Positions 1 to 10,286 of a DNA stretch of 40,994 nucleotides are shown piece after piece. The notes under the pieces are model-generated. The model saw only the letters and a program-made list of their open reading frames with translations. It was not told where the DNA came from and made no database searches. Position 1 is the first letter of the stretch, and every line of letters begins with the position of its first letter. A program made the position numbers and the translations under genes. The stretch comes from an uncultured Spirochaetota bacterium (GTDB taxonomy: Bacteria > Spirochaetota > Spirochaetia > SZUA-6 > CAVTHK01): assembly GCA_963734495.1 (NCBI GenBank), contig CAVTHK010000004.1, forward strand, positions 1 to 40,994, given 5' to 3'.

Positions 1-893
1 GAAGATGATCAGCGTGTTGTCGAGGGCGCCCCTGCGCTTCAGCTGGCTCACGATGCTGCCGACCTGATCGTCGATGCACGTGACCATGGCCCAGTAGTAG
101 GCAACAGCACGACGCATGAGCTGCTCGTCCCACTTCGTCACGCCAGCTCGGCCAGCCGTCCAGCTCGATTGGCAGCGGCACGTCGGCCGGACGGTACATC
201 GATCGGTAGGGTTCCGGCGGATCGAAGGGGCCATGGGGGCCGCAAAAGCCGGCCCGAGAGAAACAACGGTTTGGTACCTGAACAAGCCTCGTCGATAAAA
301 CCCATCGACTGCTCGGCGATCCACGTCTCGACGTACTCTTCGGCGGAGAGCGGGATGTCCATCAGGCCGTGCTCGCGGTACGAAGGCTGTGCGCGGCGCT
401 CGGCGTAGAGCTCCTCGTAGGCGCCGGGTCGCTTCTTCTCCAGCCAGCCCGCGTACTTCGGACCGAGCGGCCCCGGCCCCAGCGGCGACCCCTGCGATAC
501 CATCCACCGCCGCCCCTTTCCGGCCGTGAGCTCGTGCCAATCGAAGCCCTTGGGGGGATGCATGTGTATCTTGCCCGTCGCTCCGGTCCGGTAACCAGCC
601 GTCTGCAAGCGTTCCATGAACGTGATTTCGTGTTCCGGCAGCCCGGGGGTCTTGCCCGCCGCCTCTTCCATGTAAGTCACGCCGTGCTGGTGCGTGTAGC
701 GGCCCGTCTGGATGCAGGCTCGGCTCGGTACGCAGACAGTGCCCTGGATAAAGCAGTTCTCGAACCTGACGCCCTCGCGCGCAAGCGCGTCAATGTTGGG
801 GCTCCTGACCATCGGGTTGCCATTTGCCCCCAGCGCGTCGTAGCGGTGCTGATCCGTAGTGATCAGCAGGATGTTCGGTCTCGAATCGCCCAT
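1..893 (-). CDS. Cys-type sulfatase (formylglycine-dependent), runs off the left edge; frameshift near 250
   Basis: N-terminus RPNILLITTDQHR, FGly motif CVPSRACIQTG and GKIH. The other frame continues with PHGPFDP and YYWAMVTCIDDQVG...LDNTLIIF. Confidence 0.9.
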
Positions 894-1080
894 ATTCTAC
901 TCCACTTGGCTGGCTGTCCCGCTCGCGGTCGGGAACGCACGCGCGGTTTCGCCTTGCTCGCCGCAGGGGTCGCGTTCCGTTGGATCACCCGGGGGCAAGC
1001 CCGCCCCGGCGTCCCGGCGCACCTGACGGGCGTGCAAGTTTACCCTTTCGAGGCCGAGCAACCACGAGGCGGCCAAAGGC

Positions 1081-1102
1081 AAAAACACGCGGCTGCCGCG
1101 CA
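1081..1102 (-). terminator. Putative intrinsic terminator after tRNA-Thr
   Basis: Minus strand GCGCGG-CAG-CCGCGT followed by GTTTTT, about 40 nt past the tRNA 3' end. Confidence 0.5.
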
Positions 1103-1140
1103 CGCTGCCGGGGGTCCACAAAGCTTGCGAGATGTCTGAC

Positions 1141-1213
1141 AGCCACCTCCCGGAATCGAACCGGGGACCCCGAGATTACAAGTCACGTGCTCTGCCGACT
1201 GAGCTAAGGTGGC
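1141..1213 (-). tRNA. tRNA-Thr(TGT), CCA not encoded
   Basis: Reverse complement GCCACCTTAGCTCAGTCGGCAGAGCACGTGACTTGTAATCTCGGGGTCCCCGGTTCGATTCCGGGAGGTGGCT folds as a cloverleaf, with T-loop GGTTCGA and anticodon loop CTTGTAA. Confidence 0.95.
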
Positions 1214-1251
1214 GCGGCCAGGCGGCGCTCAACGGCCCCCTGCACAAAGAA

Positions 1252-1280
1252 AGGCTATTAGAAGTACGGTGGCTCGTCAA
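1252..1280 (-). promoter_or_regulatory. sigma70-type promoter for tRNA-Thr
   Basis: TTGACG-17 nt-TAGCCT on the minus strand, overlapping the map stop codon. Confidence 0.5.
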
Positions 1281-2054
1281 GGCAATCCTTGAGCCGGATG
1301 TCGGAGAGCGTGAGGATCTCGATGCCTTCGCGATAGACGGCGACCGTGTGCTCGAACTGCGCGGAGAGGCTCCCGTCGGCTGTGACCACGGTCCAGCCGT
1401 CGTCCATGACCTTTACGTCGGAGCCGCCGAGGTTGACCATGGGCTCCACGGTAAAGACCATCCCCGGCACGATGCGCAGCCCCTGCCCCCGCCTGCCGAA
1501 GTTCACGATGCGGGGCTCCTCGTGCATCGCGCGGCCGATCCCGTGGCCGACGTAGTCGCGGATGACGCTGCAGCCGAGCTTGCCGGCGGCGCGGCTGATC
1601 GCGTAGCCGACGTCGCCGAGGCGGCCGCCCGGCCGCACCGACACCAGCCCCGCGAGGCACGCCCGCCAGGCCGCGCGCACCAGCCGCAGCACGTCCTCGC
1701 CGGCCGAGCCGACGATGAACGTCCAGGCCGCGTCGCCGTGCCAGCCGTCCACGGCCACCGTGACGTCGATGCCGATCACGTCGCCGTCCTCGAGCGCGAC
1801 GTCGTCAGGGATGCCGTGCGCCGACACGTTGTTGGCCGACGTGCAGATGGAGGCGGGAAATCCCGGTAGCCCTTGAGGGCGGGAAGCCCTCCCCCGGCCC
1901 GGATAAAACGCTCGGCGATGCCGTCGAGATCCCGCGTGCTCACCCCCGCGTGCACGTGCGGCCTCAGGTGGCGGAGCGTCGCTTCGGCGAGGCGGCAGCT
2001 GCGCCGGATCCGCGCGACATCGACGGCCGTCTTGAGCGGGATCTCGGCCTCCAA
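1258..2054 (-). CDS. map: Methionine aminopeptidase type I (frameshift near 1860)
   Basis: Metal-ligand motifs SAHGIP, IDVT, HGDAA, GHGIG, HEEP, TVEPM and QFEHT. The N-terminus (IPLKT...RIRRSC) is in another frame, with a probable TTG start. Confidence 0.9.
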
Positions 2055-2062
2055 GGCTGCCC

Positions 2063-3603
2063 CTATCCCACCGCCCGCTGGTAGAGCGGCAGGTAGCCCG
2101 ACTCGAAGACCCTGGCCCACGTGTAGCGGGCGAGCACGCGTTTGAACGCGTCGCGCCGGATCCTCGAGAGGGCCGGCTGGTCCATGGCCCACATGTCGAG
2201 GGCCCTGCGCATCGCCCCAGCGAGGCCGTCGGCGGGCTGGTAGCCCAGGCCGGTGATCCCGTCTTCGACCTTGACCAGTCCGCCCACGAGCCGCACGACC
2301 GGCACATTGCCATCATCTGGGCGTAGAGGTCGGAAAGACCGCACGGCTCATACGTCCGAAGGAAGCAGCGATGAAGATCTCCCGACGCGTAGATGAGCTT
2401 GGCGATCTGCGGGTCGTACCGTCGAGAAACACCATGCGGCCGCGAGCGTCGTGCGACTGCGCGAGCTCGATCAGGCTCGACTCCAGCTCCGCTCCCCGTC
2501 GCCGAGCACGACGACCGCGAAGTTGCGTCTCTCGACGAACAGCCGGCTGAGGGCATCGCAGAGGTGGATGATGCCCTTTTGAGTCGTGAGCCGGCCCACG
2601 TACGTGATCAGCGGCAGCTCCGCCGCCCGGGACACCGCCCCGAACTGGCGCGCCTTGCCGCTGCGGCCTCGCGCGATGCGCGCCAGCAGCTCGAGCTTGC
2701 AGAGCGCCTTGCCGCCGAGCTCGTCGCGCTCAGGGTCGAACGCAAAGGGGAGGCCCGACTTCTCGGGACGCCGCGGATCGTACTCGTCGGCGTCGATCCC
2801 GTTGGTGATCCCGTCCAGTTCCACCCCCGCCATCTCGTAAGCGAGGCCGATCTCCTGGCTGCATAATCTCGCGCGCGTAGGGCTGCGAGACAGTGTTGAC
2901 CGTGGCATGGAGGGCCCCGAGCAGCAGCGGGCTCGACCGCGTCGTCTATCACGCCTCTGGCAAGCGTGCGCCTCCCGAGGTGGGTCAGGCCCCGCGCGTA
3001 CTCCGTCCCGTAGACCTCCTGCCTGTACCCGGGGCCCGCGTTGTGGATCGTCAGCACGAAGCCGGTTTCGGAGAGAGGGCGGCGGGAACCCCACAGGCGG
3101 CGGGCCATTGCGGGAAGGAAGGCGGCGTGCCCGTCGTGACAGTGGATGAGCGATGGCCGCTCGAGGCGCGCGAGCGCGAGGGCCGCATGCTGAAGCACGA
3201 GGTTCATCGCTTGAGCGTCCGCATGTCCGGTGCCCCGCTTGAGCGTCGGGTTCTCGCTCTCGTCCTCGTCGGTGTAGCCGTAGACGCCGCGCTTGGCGCG
3301 GAAGATCGGCGAGTCGGCCAGCAGCACGCGCACGCCGCGCAGCCGCGTCTCGCGGAAGACGACGTCGTGAAACGCCGGCGCCCGTCGGGCGTCGCACACC
3401 CGAACGCGGAACCGGCGGGCCGCGGCCTGCGGCACCTCGAGGGATACGAGGCCGTAGTACGGCATGATGACGGTTGCGGCGATCCCGTGGGCCAGGCTCG
3501 CCTCCGCCAGCCCTCGGACCACGTCCTTGAGGCCGCCGGCCTCCGCCACCCCTTCGTATTCACGGCTCACGTGCCAGACGGATTTCAGCTTCCAGACACT
3601 CAT
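2063..3603 (-). CDS. glgA: Glycogen synthase (GT5), several frameshifts
   Basis: AEAGGLKDVV, IHCHDGH, TIHN, GITNGID, VGRLTTQKG, YEPCGL and VGGL motifs spread across frames. Confidence 0.88.
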
Positions 3604-4743
3604 TAGTTCCAGCTCAGGAGCACCTGCTGCAAGATCGTCACTTTCTGCTCCTGGCTCAAGCGCACGGGATTTCCCGACATGCTCGAGCCCTCAGAAAGTC
3701 GGGCGGATCTCCGGGATCTGGTCGGCCCTGATCCCGTAGCCGCGGATCGTGCCCGCCAGCCCGAACCGCGCGAGAAGCTCCTCCACGGCGCGGATCAGCG
3801 CGGCGACTGGGTCTCCCTCGGGCGCAGGCGGCGCCATCAGCTCGGCGACCGCTGCATCGATTGCCGGCCTGTTTGCCGCGAGCACCTGCGCCAGGAATGA
3901 CGCGCAGATCAGGCCGTGCGGGATCTCGGCTGCACCGCCCAGGCCCGACGCAAAGCCGTGCACCGCGCCCAGTCCCGAGTCGGCCAGCGCGATGCCGCTG
4001 ACGAGGGCGCCGTAGGAGGCGTCGCCGCGCGCGTCGAGGTCGTCGGGGCGCTCCGCGACGACGTGCAGGGCCCGCAGCATTCGGGGGAACGCGTCGCGGA
4101 CGAGGGCGCGCGCGATCGGGTTGGGCTTCGCGGTGACGTACGCCTCGACGAGCTGCGTCAGCGCATCCAGCCCGCTCTCGCCCGTGAGCCGCGGCGGCAT
4201 GCCGAGGGTCAGTTCGGGGTCCACGATCGCCGCCGCCGGGAGCAGCAGCGGGGAACGGAGGCTCTTCTTCACGCGGTGCGCCGCGGACTTGATGACCGCG
4301 TTCTTCGTCGCCTCCGAGCCGGTGCCGGCGGTCGTGGGGAGCGCGATCCACGGCACCACGGGCGGCTCGACCTGCCGTCCGCTGCCGATCCCCTCGAGGT
4401 AGTCGATCGTCGGATGGGCGGAGCAGCAGCCCGGACAGCGCCTTCGCCATGTCCAGCACCGACCCGCCGCCGGCGCCCACGATGAGGTCCGGCTCGAACG
4501 CCGCCCATGACGCGCGCATCCGCTCGACGCCGTCGACGGTCGGCTCGCCGGCCGGCGCCGCCGCGAGCGCGGTCTGCCGGCCCGAGAGCAGGCGAACGGC
4601 TCGTCCGCCCGGCCGGCTGCGCGAAGCGAGTGTTCGCCCGTGACAACGAGCACGCGCCGGGCACGAGCCGCGAGCGCGGGCAGCCTGCTGCGCGCGCCCG
4701 GGGCGATGTACGCCGCCGGCGGACACTCGAGTGACGCGACCAT
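3603..4743 (-). CDS. Iron-containing alcohol dehydrogenase (frameshifted)
   Basis: GGGSVLDMAKA, PTTAGTGSE, DALTQLVE, GLGAVHG and IPHG motifs. Corrected C-terminus SSMSGNP...WN ends in TAATG overlapping the glgA start. Confidence 0.88.
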
Positions 4744-4778
4744 GACGGCCGGAGTATAGCTGCGGAAAAAACGGGCTG

Positions 4779-5144
4779 TCAAACCGAGCGCAGGTCCAGC
4801 GGATCTCGGCGCGGGAATCTGCACCCACGCGAAGAGGAGCTCGACGCCCAGCAGCAGCGCCACGTTGGCCACCAGCACGAGTCCGTCGCCGATCAGAGGC
4901 CACCCCCGAGCGGAGCCGCGGCGCAGCAGGAGCCAGGCCCTGAACGCCACGCACCAGGCGCCGAGGAGGCTGCCCGCGAGGGCCGCCACCCGTACGACCC
5001 GCAGCAGGAGGAGCTGGCTCTCGTCCTGGAACTCCTGGAAATTCCCAGCCCGTAGAGAACGAGCACGAGGAGGCAGAAGAGGAAAAGCGACCGGTACAGC
5101 CGCACCGCGACCGTGAGCAGCGCCGACTCTCGGGGCCTCGACAC
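4779..5144 (-). CDS. Small multi-pass membrane protein (frameshifted, 3' end approximate)
   Basis: Hydrophobic segments LFLFCLLVLVLYGLG, LAGSLLGAWCVAF and LVLVANVALLLGVELLF. GTG start lies 7 nt after TATAAT. Confidence 0.55.
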
Positions 5145-5251
5145 GATCCTCATTATATACCGATGTTCCCTTCGACTCGCGTCCCGGATATACTGGTGAA
5201 GGCGCAACGCGCGGAGGCGAGGCGCGCGCCGTGGGAGACAGGAGTCGGCCT

Positions 5252-5744
5252 GTGGAGCACGGCTACTTCTTCAACTTCGAGAAGATGGCGTACGTCCAGT
5301 CGCAGCGCGCCCCCGGGCTGCGTGCTCTGCCGCGTGCGCGACCGCGACTCCGAGGTCGTCGACCTCACGGTCTACCAGGACGACCTCGTCGTGGCGACCG
5401 TCAACCTCTACCCGTACAACCCGGGGCACATGCTGGTGTTCCCGATCCGGCACGTCGAGGACGTGAGGGAGCTGTCCGCGGACGAGGAGCAGCGGATCTC
5501 GCAGATCGTCAGGCGGCTGCTCACGGTGCTCGACCGGACCCACAAGCCGCAGGGCTACAACATCGGCTACAACATGGGCCTCGCCGCCGGAGCGTCCATC
5601 CGCCACCTGCACGTCCACGTGATCCCGCGCTACCCTTCGGAGCTCGGCATCGCCGACCTCATCGGCGGCAAGCGCGTCCTCGTCGAGGACCCTCGCGTGA
5701 CCCGCGAAAGGGTCCGCGAGGCGCTGGCCGCTACCACTCCCTGA
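5252..5744 (+). CDS. HIT family nucleotide hydrolase (frameshift near 5315)
   Basis: SD AGGAG then GTG; CVLC, NLYPYNPGH and the histidine triad HLHVHVIPR. Confidence 0.88.
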
Positions 5745-6346
5745 CCATCAGCAGCCGGCCGGCGGCGAGCTCGACCTCCACGGTGTCGGCGACCGCCACG
5801 TTGCTGACCCCGGCGTCCCCCCTGCCCCACTTCAGGCCGTCCAGCGGCCACTTGAGTCCCGCCGAGCGCCTGATGAGCGCGCGCCCGCCGACGGGAAAGA
5901 ACGAGATCGTCTGACCGACGCATCCGGGGAGCGCGAGCCTTCCGTCGACCACCTGCACGTGCTCCCGCGCGGTCAGCCACACCGAAGGCGCGAACCGGCG
6001 CTCGAACAGGGCGAGCAACCCCAGCAGGTGGGCCAGACGCCCCCCGCCCCCGCCGGCCACGATCACCCGGTCGACGCCCCGCTCGCGAAGCAGGCGCAGC
6101 GCCGATCTCGGTGTCGGTCTCGTCCTTGTCGACGGGAAAACGCATCACGCGTTCGCCGTAGGCGGCGAGCAGGCCCGGATCGCGCAGGCTGTCCATGTCG
6201 CCGACCACGAGCGCGGGGTCGACGCCCGCGGCCCTCGCCAGCTCCAGTCCGGAGTCGGCTGCGATCACCAGCTCGACGCCTTCGAGGAACGGAGCGAGTC
6301 TCTCCGGGCTCGGGCCTTCGCCGCCGGTGAAAAGCAGTCCGGTCAT
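5731..6346 (-). CDS. thiN: Thiamine diphosphokinase (frameshift near 6100)
   Basis: IAADSG, VGDMDS, KDETDTE, GGGGGRL.H, GLKWPL and GVSN motifs. Confidence 0.87.
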
Positions 6347-6426
6347 CACGGCCATACTAAATGGCGGCGGCGGCGGGGGCAAGGGCGCGCCGCGGGGGCC
6401 TTCTTCATACAAGTCTCGAGAAACGC

Positions 6427-6453
6427 TAAAGGGCGGTCGCAGGGTTCCGACAA
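6427..6453 (+). promoter_or_regulatory. sigma28 (FliA) promoter of flaB
   Basis: TAAA-15 nt-TCCGACAA matches the TAAA-N15-GCCGATAA consensus and lies upstream of a flagellin gene. Confidence 0.8.
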
Positions 6454-6469
6454 TTGACGTAGGCACCCA

Positions 6470-6508
6470 CCCGGACATGGAGGTCCGGGAATCGAAGATC
6501 AGGGAGGA
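6470..6508 (+). promoter_or_regulatory. Putative CsrA-binding sites in the flaB leader
   Basis: Hairpin CCCGGAC-ATGGAG-GTCCGGG carries ANGGA in its loop; a second AGGGA overlaps the SD GGAGG. Confidence 0.7.
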
Positions 6509-6511
6509 TGT

Positions 6512-7384
6512 ATGGTCATCAATCACAACATGAGCGCCCTGTTCGCTCACCGTGTCCTGAAGTTCAACACGTTGAACGTCGGCAAGGACATGGAGAAGCT
6601 CTCCTCGGGCATGCGGATCAACCGGGCCGGCGACGACGCCTCGGGCCTGGCCGTGTCCGAGAAGATGCGGTCGCAGATCCGCGGGCTGCGCAGGGCGGAG
6701 CAGAACGCCGAGGACGGCGTGAGCTTCATCCAGACCACGGAAGGGTACCTGCAGGAGACCCAGGACATCCTGCAGCGGCTGCGCGAGCTGTCCGTGCAGG
6801 CGTCCAACGGCATCTACACCCCCGAGGACCGCATGCAGATCCAGGTCGAGGTGTCGCAGCTCATCGACGAGGTCAACCGCATCGCCTCGCACGCGCAGTT
6901 CAACGGCCAGAACCTGCTGACCGGCCGCTTCGCGCGTGAGACGGGCGAGAACACCGTCACCGCGAGCATGTGGTTCCACATCGGCGCCAACATGGACCAG
7001 CGCGAGCGGTCGTACATCGGGACCATGACGGCGCAGGGCCTCGGCATCCAGGGCCTGAACGGGACCCCTGCCGCGGCGACCTTCATCTCGCTGTCCACCC
7101 CGGACCAGGCCAACCGGGCGATCGGCATGCTGGACCAGGCGCTGCTCAAGGTCAACAAGCAGCGCGCGGACCTCGGCGCGTACCAGAACCGGCTCGAGTA
7201 CGCGATGCAGGGCCTCGCGGTCGGCGCAGAGAACCTGCAGGCTTCGGAGTCCCGCATCCGCGACGCGGACATGGCGGAGCAGATGGTCAACTACGTGAAG
7301 AACCAGATCCTGGTCCAGTCCGCCACGGCCATGCTGGCCCAGGCCAACACGCAGCCGCAGACCGTCCTCCAGCTGATGAAGTAG
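6512..7384 (+). CDS. flaB: Spirochaete periplasmic flagellin core protein, 290 aa
   Basis: [51 protein letters not shown] and [12 protein letters not shown]. Confidence 0.98.
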   Translation: MVINHNMSALFAHRVLKFNTLNVGKDMEKLSSGMRINRAGDDASGLAVSEKMRSQIRGLRRAEQNAEDGVSFIQTTEGYLQETQDILQRLRELSVQASNGIYTPEDRMQIQVEVSQLIDEVNRIASHAQFNGQNLLTGRFARETGENTVTASMWFHIGANMDQRERSYIGTMTAQGLGIQGLNGTPAAATFISLSTPDQANRAIGMLDQALLKVNKQRADLGAYQNRLEYAMQGLAVGAENLQASESRIRDADMAEQMVNYVKNQILVQSATAMLAQANTQPQTVLQLMK

Positions 7385-7407
7385 GCCGGTCCGTTTCTCG
7401 AGGCTGT

Positions 7408-7437
7408 AAAGCCCCCCGGCCGTCCGGGGGGCTTTTT
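7408..7437 (+). terminator. Intrinsic terminator of flaB
   Basis: AAAGCCCCCCGG-CCGT-CCGGGGGGCTTT followed by TT. Confidence 0.9.
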
Positions 7438-7561
7438 GTCGGCCCGAGGTCGGGCTCCGCCGCCGCGGCTTCCGCCGTGGGTCCCCGGTGCGCACGCATG
7501 GGCTCCGCCGCCGCGCATGGACGCGCTGCCCTGCCCCACTGTAGACTCCCGTATCGATTCC

Positions 7562-8941
7562 ATGAGAATCCCGGCCCCGGTGAAAGAGCTCGGCAGGATC
7601 TTCCGCGAAAAGGGCTACGAGTGCCACCTCGTCGGCGGCGCCGTCCGCGACCTGATCCTCGGCCGCGAGCTCACCGACTTCGACATCGCCACCAACGCGC
7701 TGCCCGAGCAGGTCACGGACCTCTTCCGCCGGGTGATTCCCACGGGGATCAAGCACGGCACCGTGACCGTGCTCTTCCGGGGCGAGCGCTTCGAGGTCAC
7801 GACCTACCGCTCCGACGGCACCTACAGCGACGGGCGCAGGCCCGACGCCGTGACCTTTTCGGCGACCATCGACGAGGACCTCGCGCGGCGCGACTTTACG
7901 ATCAACGGCATGGCCTGCAACCTGGCCTCGGGCCGCCTGCTCGACCCGCACGGCGGGAGGGAGGACCTGAAGCGCAAGGTCGTGCGGGCCATCGGCGACC
8001 CCAACGCGCGCTTCCAGGAGGACGGGCTGCGGCCGGTGCGGGCGTGCCGGCTTGCGGCGCAGCTGGGCTTCTCGATCGACGCGGCGACCAAGGCCGCGAT
8101 CCCCGCCGCTCTCGACCGCGTGCGGCTCGTCTCGATGGAGCGCGTGCGCGACGAGCTGGTGCGCATCGTGCAGTCGGAGCACGTGGTCATGGGCTTCGAG
8201 CTCCTCGCGGAGACCGGGCTGCTCGCCGCAATCATGCCCGAGCTCGCGCAGGGGCGGGGCGTGGAACAGAGGGAGCGGCACTGCTTTGACGTGTTCATGC
8301 ACAGCCTCTACAGCTGCGCCGCGGCCGATCCGGCCGACCTCGGCCTTCGCCTGGCCGCTCTCCTGCACGACGTCGGCAAGCCGGCGACGCTCACGCTGGG
8401 CGAGGCGGGCGAACCGCGCTTTCACAACCATGACCGGGTGTCGGCCGAGATGGCCGACGCGATCCTCAGGCGCCTCAAGCTGCCGGGCGCCGTGGTTGAG
8501 CGGGTGTCGCACCTGGTCCGCTACCACATGTTCAACTACAGCGATGAATGGAAGGACGCCGCGGTGCGGCGCCTCGTGGCCCGCGTGGGGCGCGAGCACA
8601 TCCAGGACCTCATGCGGCTGAGGCGCGCCGACCAGGTGGGTCGCTGCAACAGGGACGAGCCCATCGCCGGCCTCGTGGAGCTCGGACGCCGGATCGAGAG
8701 GGTGCTCGGCGCCGAGAGCGCGCTCACGCTCGGCGACCTGGCCGTCGACGGGCGGGCGCTCATGGCGGAGCTCGCCCTGCCGAGCGGCCCGGTCGTGGGC
8801 GTCATTCTGCGCTTTCTCATGGAGACCGTTCTCGAGGACCCCGCCCAGAACGAGCGGGGCCGACTTCTCGAGATCGCCCGCAGGTTCTACGAGGAGCGCC
8901 TGCGCCGGCCTGGCGAAGAGGGGCCGGCCTCTTTCGGCTGA
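7562..8941 (+). CDS. cca: Class II tRNA nucleotidyltransferase (CCA-adding/poly(A) polymerase family) with HD domain
   Basis: LVGGAVRD, DFDIAT, EDLARRDFTIN, RFQEDGLR (EDxxR) and LLHDVGK. No obvious poly(A) polymerase GRRF signature. Confidence 0.88.
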   Translation: MRIPAPVKELGRIFREKGYECHLVGGAVRDLILGRELTDFDIATNALPEQVTDLFRRVIPTGIKHGTVTVLFRGERFEVTTYRSDGTYSDGRRPDAVTFSATIDEDLARRDFTINGMACNLASGRLLDPHGGREDLKRKVVRAIGDPNARFQEDGLRPVRACRLAAQLGFSIDAATKAAIPAALDRVRLVSMERVRDELVRIVQSEHVVMGFELLAETGLLAAIMPELAQGRGVEQRERHCFDVFMHSLYSCAAADPADLGLRLAALLHDVGKPATLTLGEAGEPRFHNHDRVSAEMADAILRRLKLPGAVVERVSHLVRYHMFNYSDEWKDAAVRRLVARVGREHIQDLMRLRRADQVGRCNRDEPIAGLVELGRRIERVLGAESALTLGDLAVDGRALMAELALPSGPVVGVILRFLMETVLEDPAQNERGRLLEIARRFYEERLRRPGEEGPASFG

Positions 8942-9717
8942 GAAGCCTCGCCGCAGAGCTCGCCGTAGGCCTGCTCGGCGGCGCTCTGCTCGGCTTCCTT
9001 TTTGTTCTTGCCCGTCCCTTCGCCGTACTCGCGCTTGTCGACGAGCACACGGACGTGGAACGTGCGGTCGTGGTCCGGCCCGCTCTTTTGCACGAGGTTG
9101 TACCGGGGGTAGGTCCTGAAGCGCTTCTGCACGAGCTCCTGGAGCAGCGTCTTGTAGTCCCGCTGGTGGCGATTCTCCAGGACGGCCGAGATCTCCGGCT
9201 CGAGGAGCCTGCGTACGAAGCGCGAAGCGGCGGCGAACCCGCCGTCAAGATAGAGGGCGCCGATGAGCGCCTCGGTCGCATCGGCCAGGATGGCTTTCTT
9301 GGAGCGCCCGCCGGAGTTCTCCTCGCCCTTGCCGATGAGGATGTAGTTCTGGATCCCGAGCGCTTGAGCGATCTGAGCGAGGCTCACCTCGCTCACGACG
9401 ACGCTCTTGACGCGCGCCATCTCGCCTTCGGTGTGGCCGGCGAGGCAGCGGAACAGCATCTCGGTGACCACGAGGCCGAGCACGGCGTCCCCGAGGAACT
9501 CGAGCTTTTCGTTGTTGTCGGTCCTCGCGGGATCGCTCCCATGCGCCCCGGAGGACTCGTTCGCGAACGAGCGGTGAGAAAAGGCGAGGTTCAGGAGCGC
9601 ACGGTTCCTGAACCTCACCGAAGCCTGCTTCTCGAACAGATCCAGCTCTCTCTTGCGTTCCTTGGAGATAGCCGGCGACTTTAGTGACTTAGGCTTGACC
9701 CGCTGACCGTCGATCAC
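8887..9717 (-). CDS. rnc: Ribonuclease III
   Basis: NEKLEFLGDAVL, LADATEALIGA and a dsRBD starting DYKTLLQE. Confidence 0.96.
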   Translation of the reverse strand: MIDGQRVKPKSLKSPAISKERKRELDLFEKQASVRFRNRALLNLAFSHRSFANESSGAHGSDPARTDNNEKLEFLGDAVLGLVVTEMLFRCLAGHTEGEMARVKSVVVSEVSLAQIAQALGIQNYILIGKGEENSGGRSKKAILADATEALIGALYLDGGFAAASRFVRRLLEPEISAVLENRHQRDYKTLLQELVQKRFRTYPRYNLVQKSGPDHDRTFHVRVLVDKREYGEGTGKNKKEAEQSAAEQAYGELCGEASQPKEAGPSSPGRRRRSS

Positions 9718-9732
9718 CGGTTCCCACGGGAC

Positions 9733-9975
9733 CTACTTCTTCTCCAGCTGGGACTGGATGTACTCGAGGGCGTCCCGTACCGTCTCAAACTCGTTCGCCT
9801 TCTCGTCCGGGATGCTGATGCCCAGCTCTTCCTCGATGGCGTAGACCAGCTCGTAGGTCTCGAGGCTGTCGGCGCCGAGGTCCTGCCGGAAATTGGAATC
9901 CATCGTGATCTTGTCCGCATCGATCTCGAGGTTGTCGGCGATCAGTTTCTTGAGCTTCTGGAACAGTTCCTCCAT
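9733..9975 (-). CDS. acpP: Acyl carrier protein
   Basis: DLGADSLE phosphopantetheine motif; SD GGAGG before MEELF. Confidence 0.95.
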   Translation of the reverse strand: MEELFQKLKKLIADNLEIDADKITMDSNFRQDLGADSLETYELVYAIEEELGISIPDEKANEFETVRDALEYIQSQLEKK

Positions 9976-10014
9976 CTTTTCCTCCATCCTGTTGAAGTTG
10001 TCCGACCCAGCGCC

Positions 10015-10203
10015 TTATGCCATTGCCTCTGGCTCGAAGACCTGTGCCCCATTGTAGAATCCGCACTTCGGGCAGACCCGGTGGGGGAGCTTCAGGTTGC
10101 CGCAGTTGCCGCACTCCACCAGTCGCGTGGCCTTGAGCTTCATGTTGGCCGCCCGCCGTCGGTGCGTCCGCGACTTGGAAGGCTTCCTTTTAGGTACAGC
10201 CAT
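10015..10203 (-). CDS. rpmF: 50S ribosomal protein L32 (Zn-binding form)
   Basis: MAVPKRK...CGNCG...PHRVCPKCGFY. Confidence 0.97.
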   Translation of the reverse strand: MAVPKRKPSKSRTHRRRAANMKLKATRLVECGNCGNLKLPHRVCPKCGFYNGAQVFEPEAMA

Positions 10204-10231
10204 GTTCTCCCATCCTGACGAAAGTCACGGA

Positions 10232-10260
10232 AACTTACCGTACAGGTCCCCCTTTGTCAA
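10232..10260 (-). promoter_or_regulatory. sigma70 promoter for rpmF-acpP-rnc
   Basis: TTGACA-17 nt-TAAGTT. Confidence 0.7.
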
Positions 10261-10286
10261 GGACGGCTCAGGGCCGCTGTCAAGGC

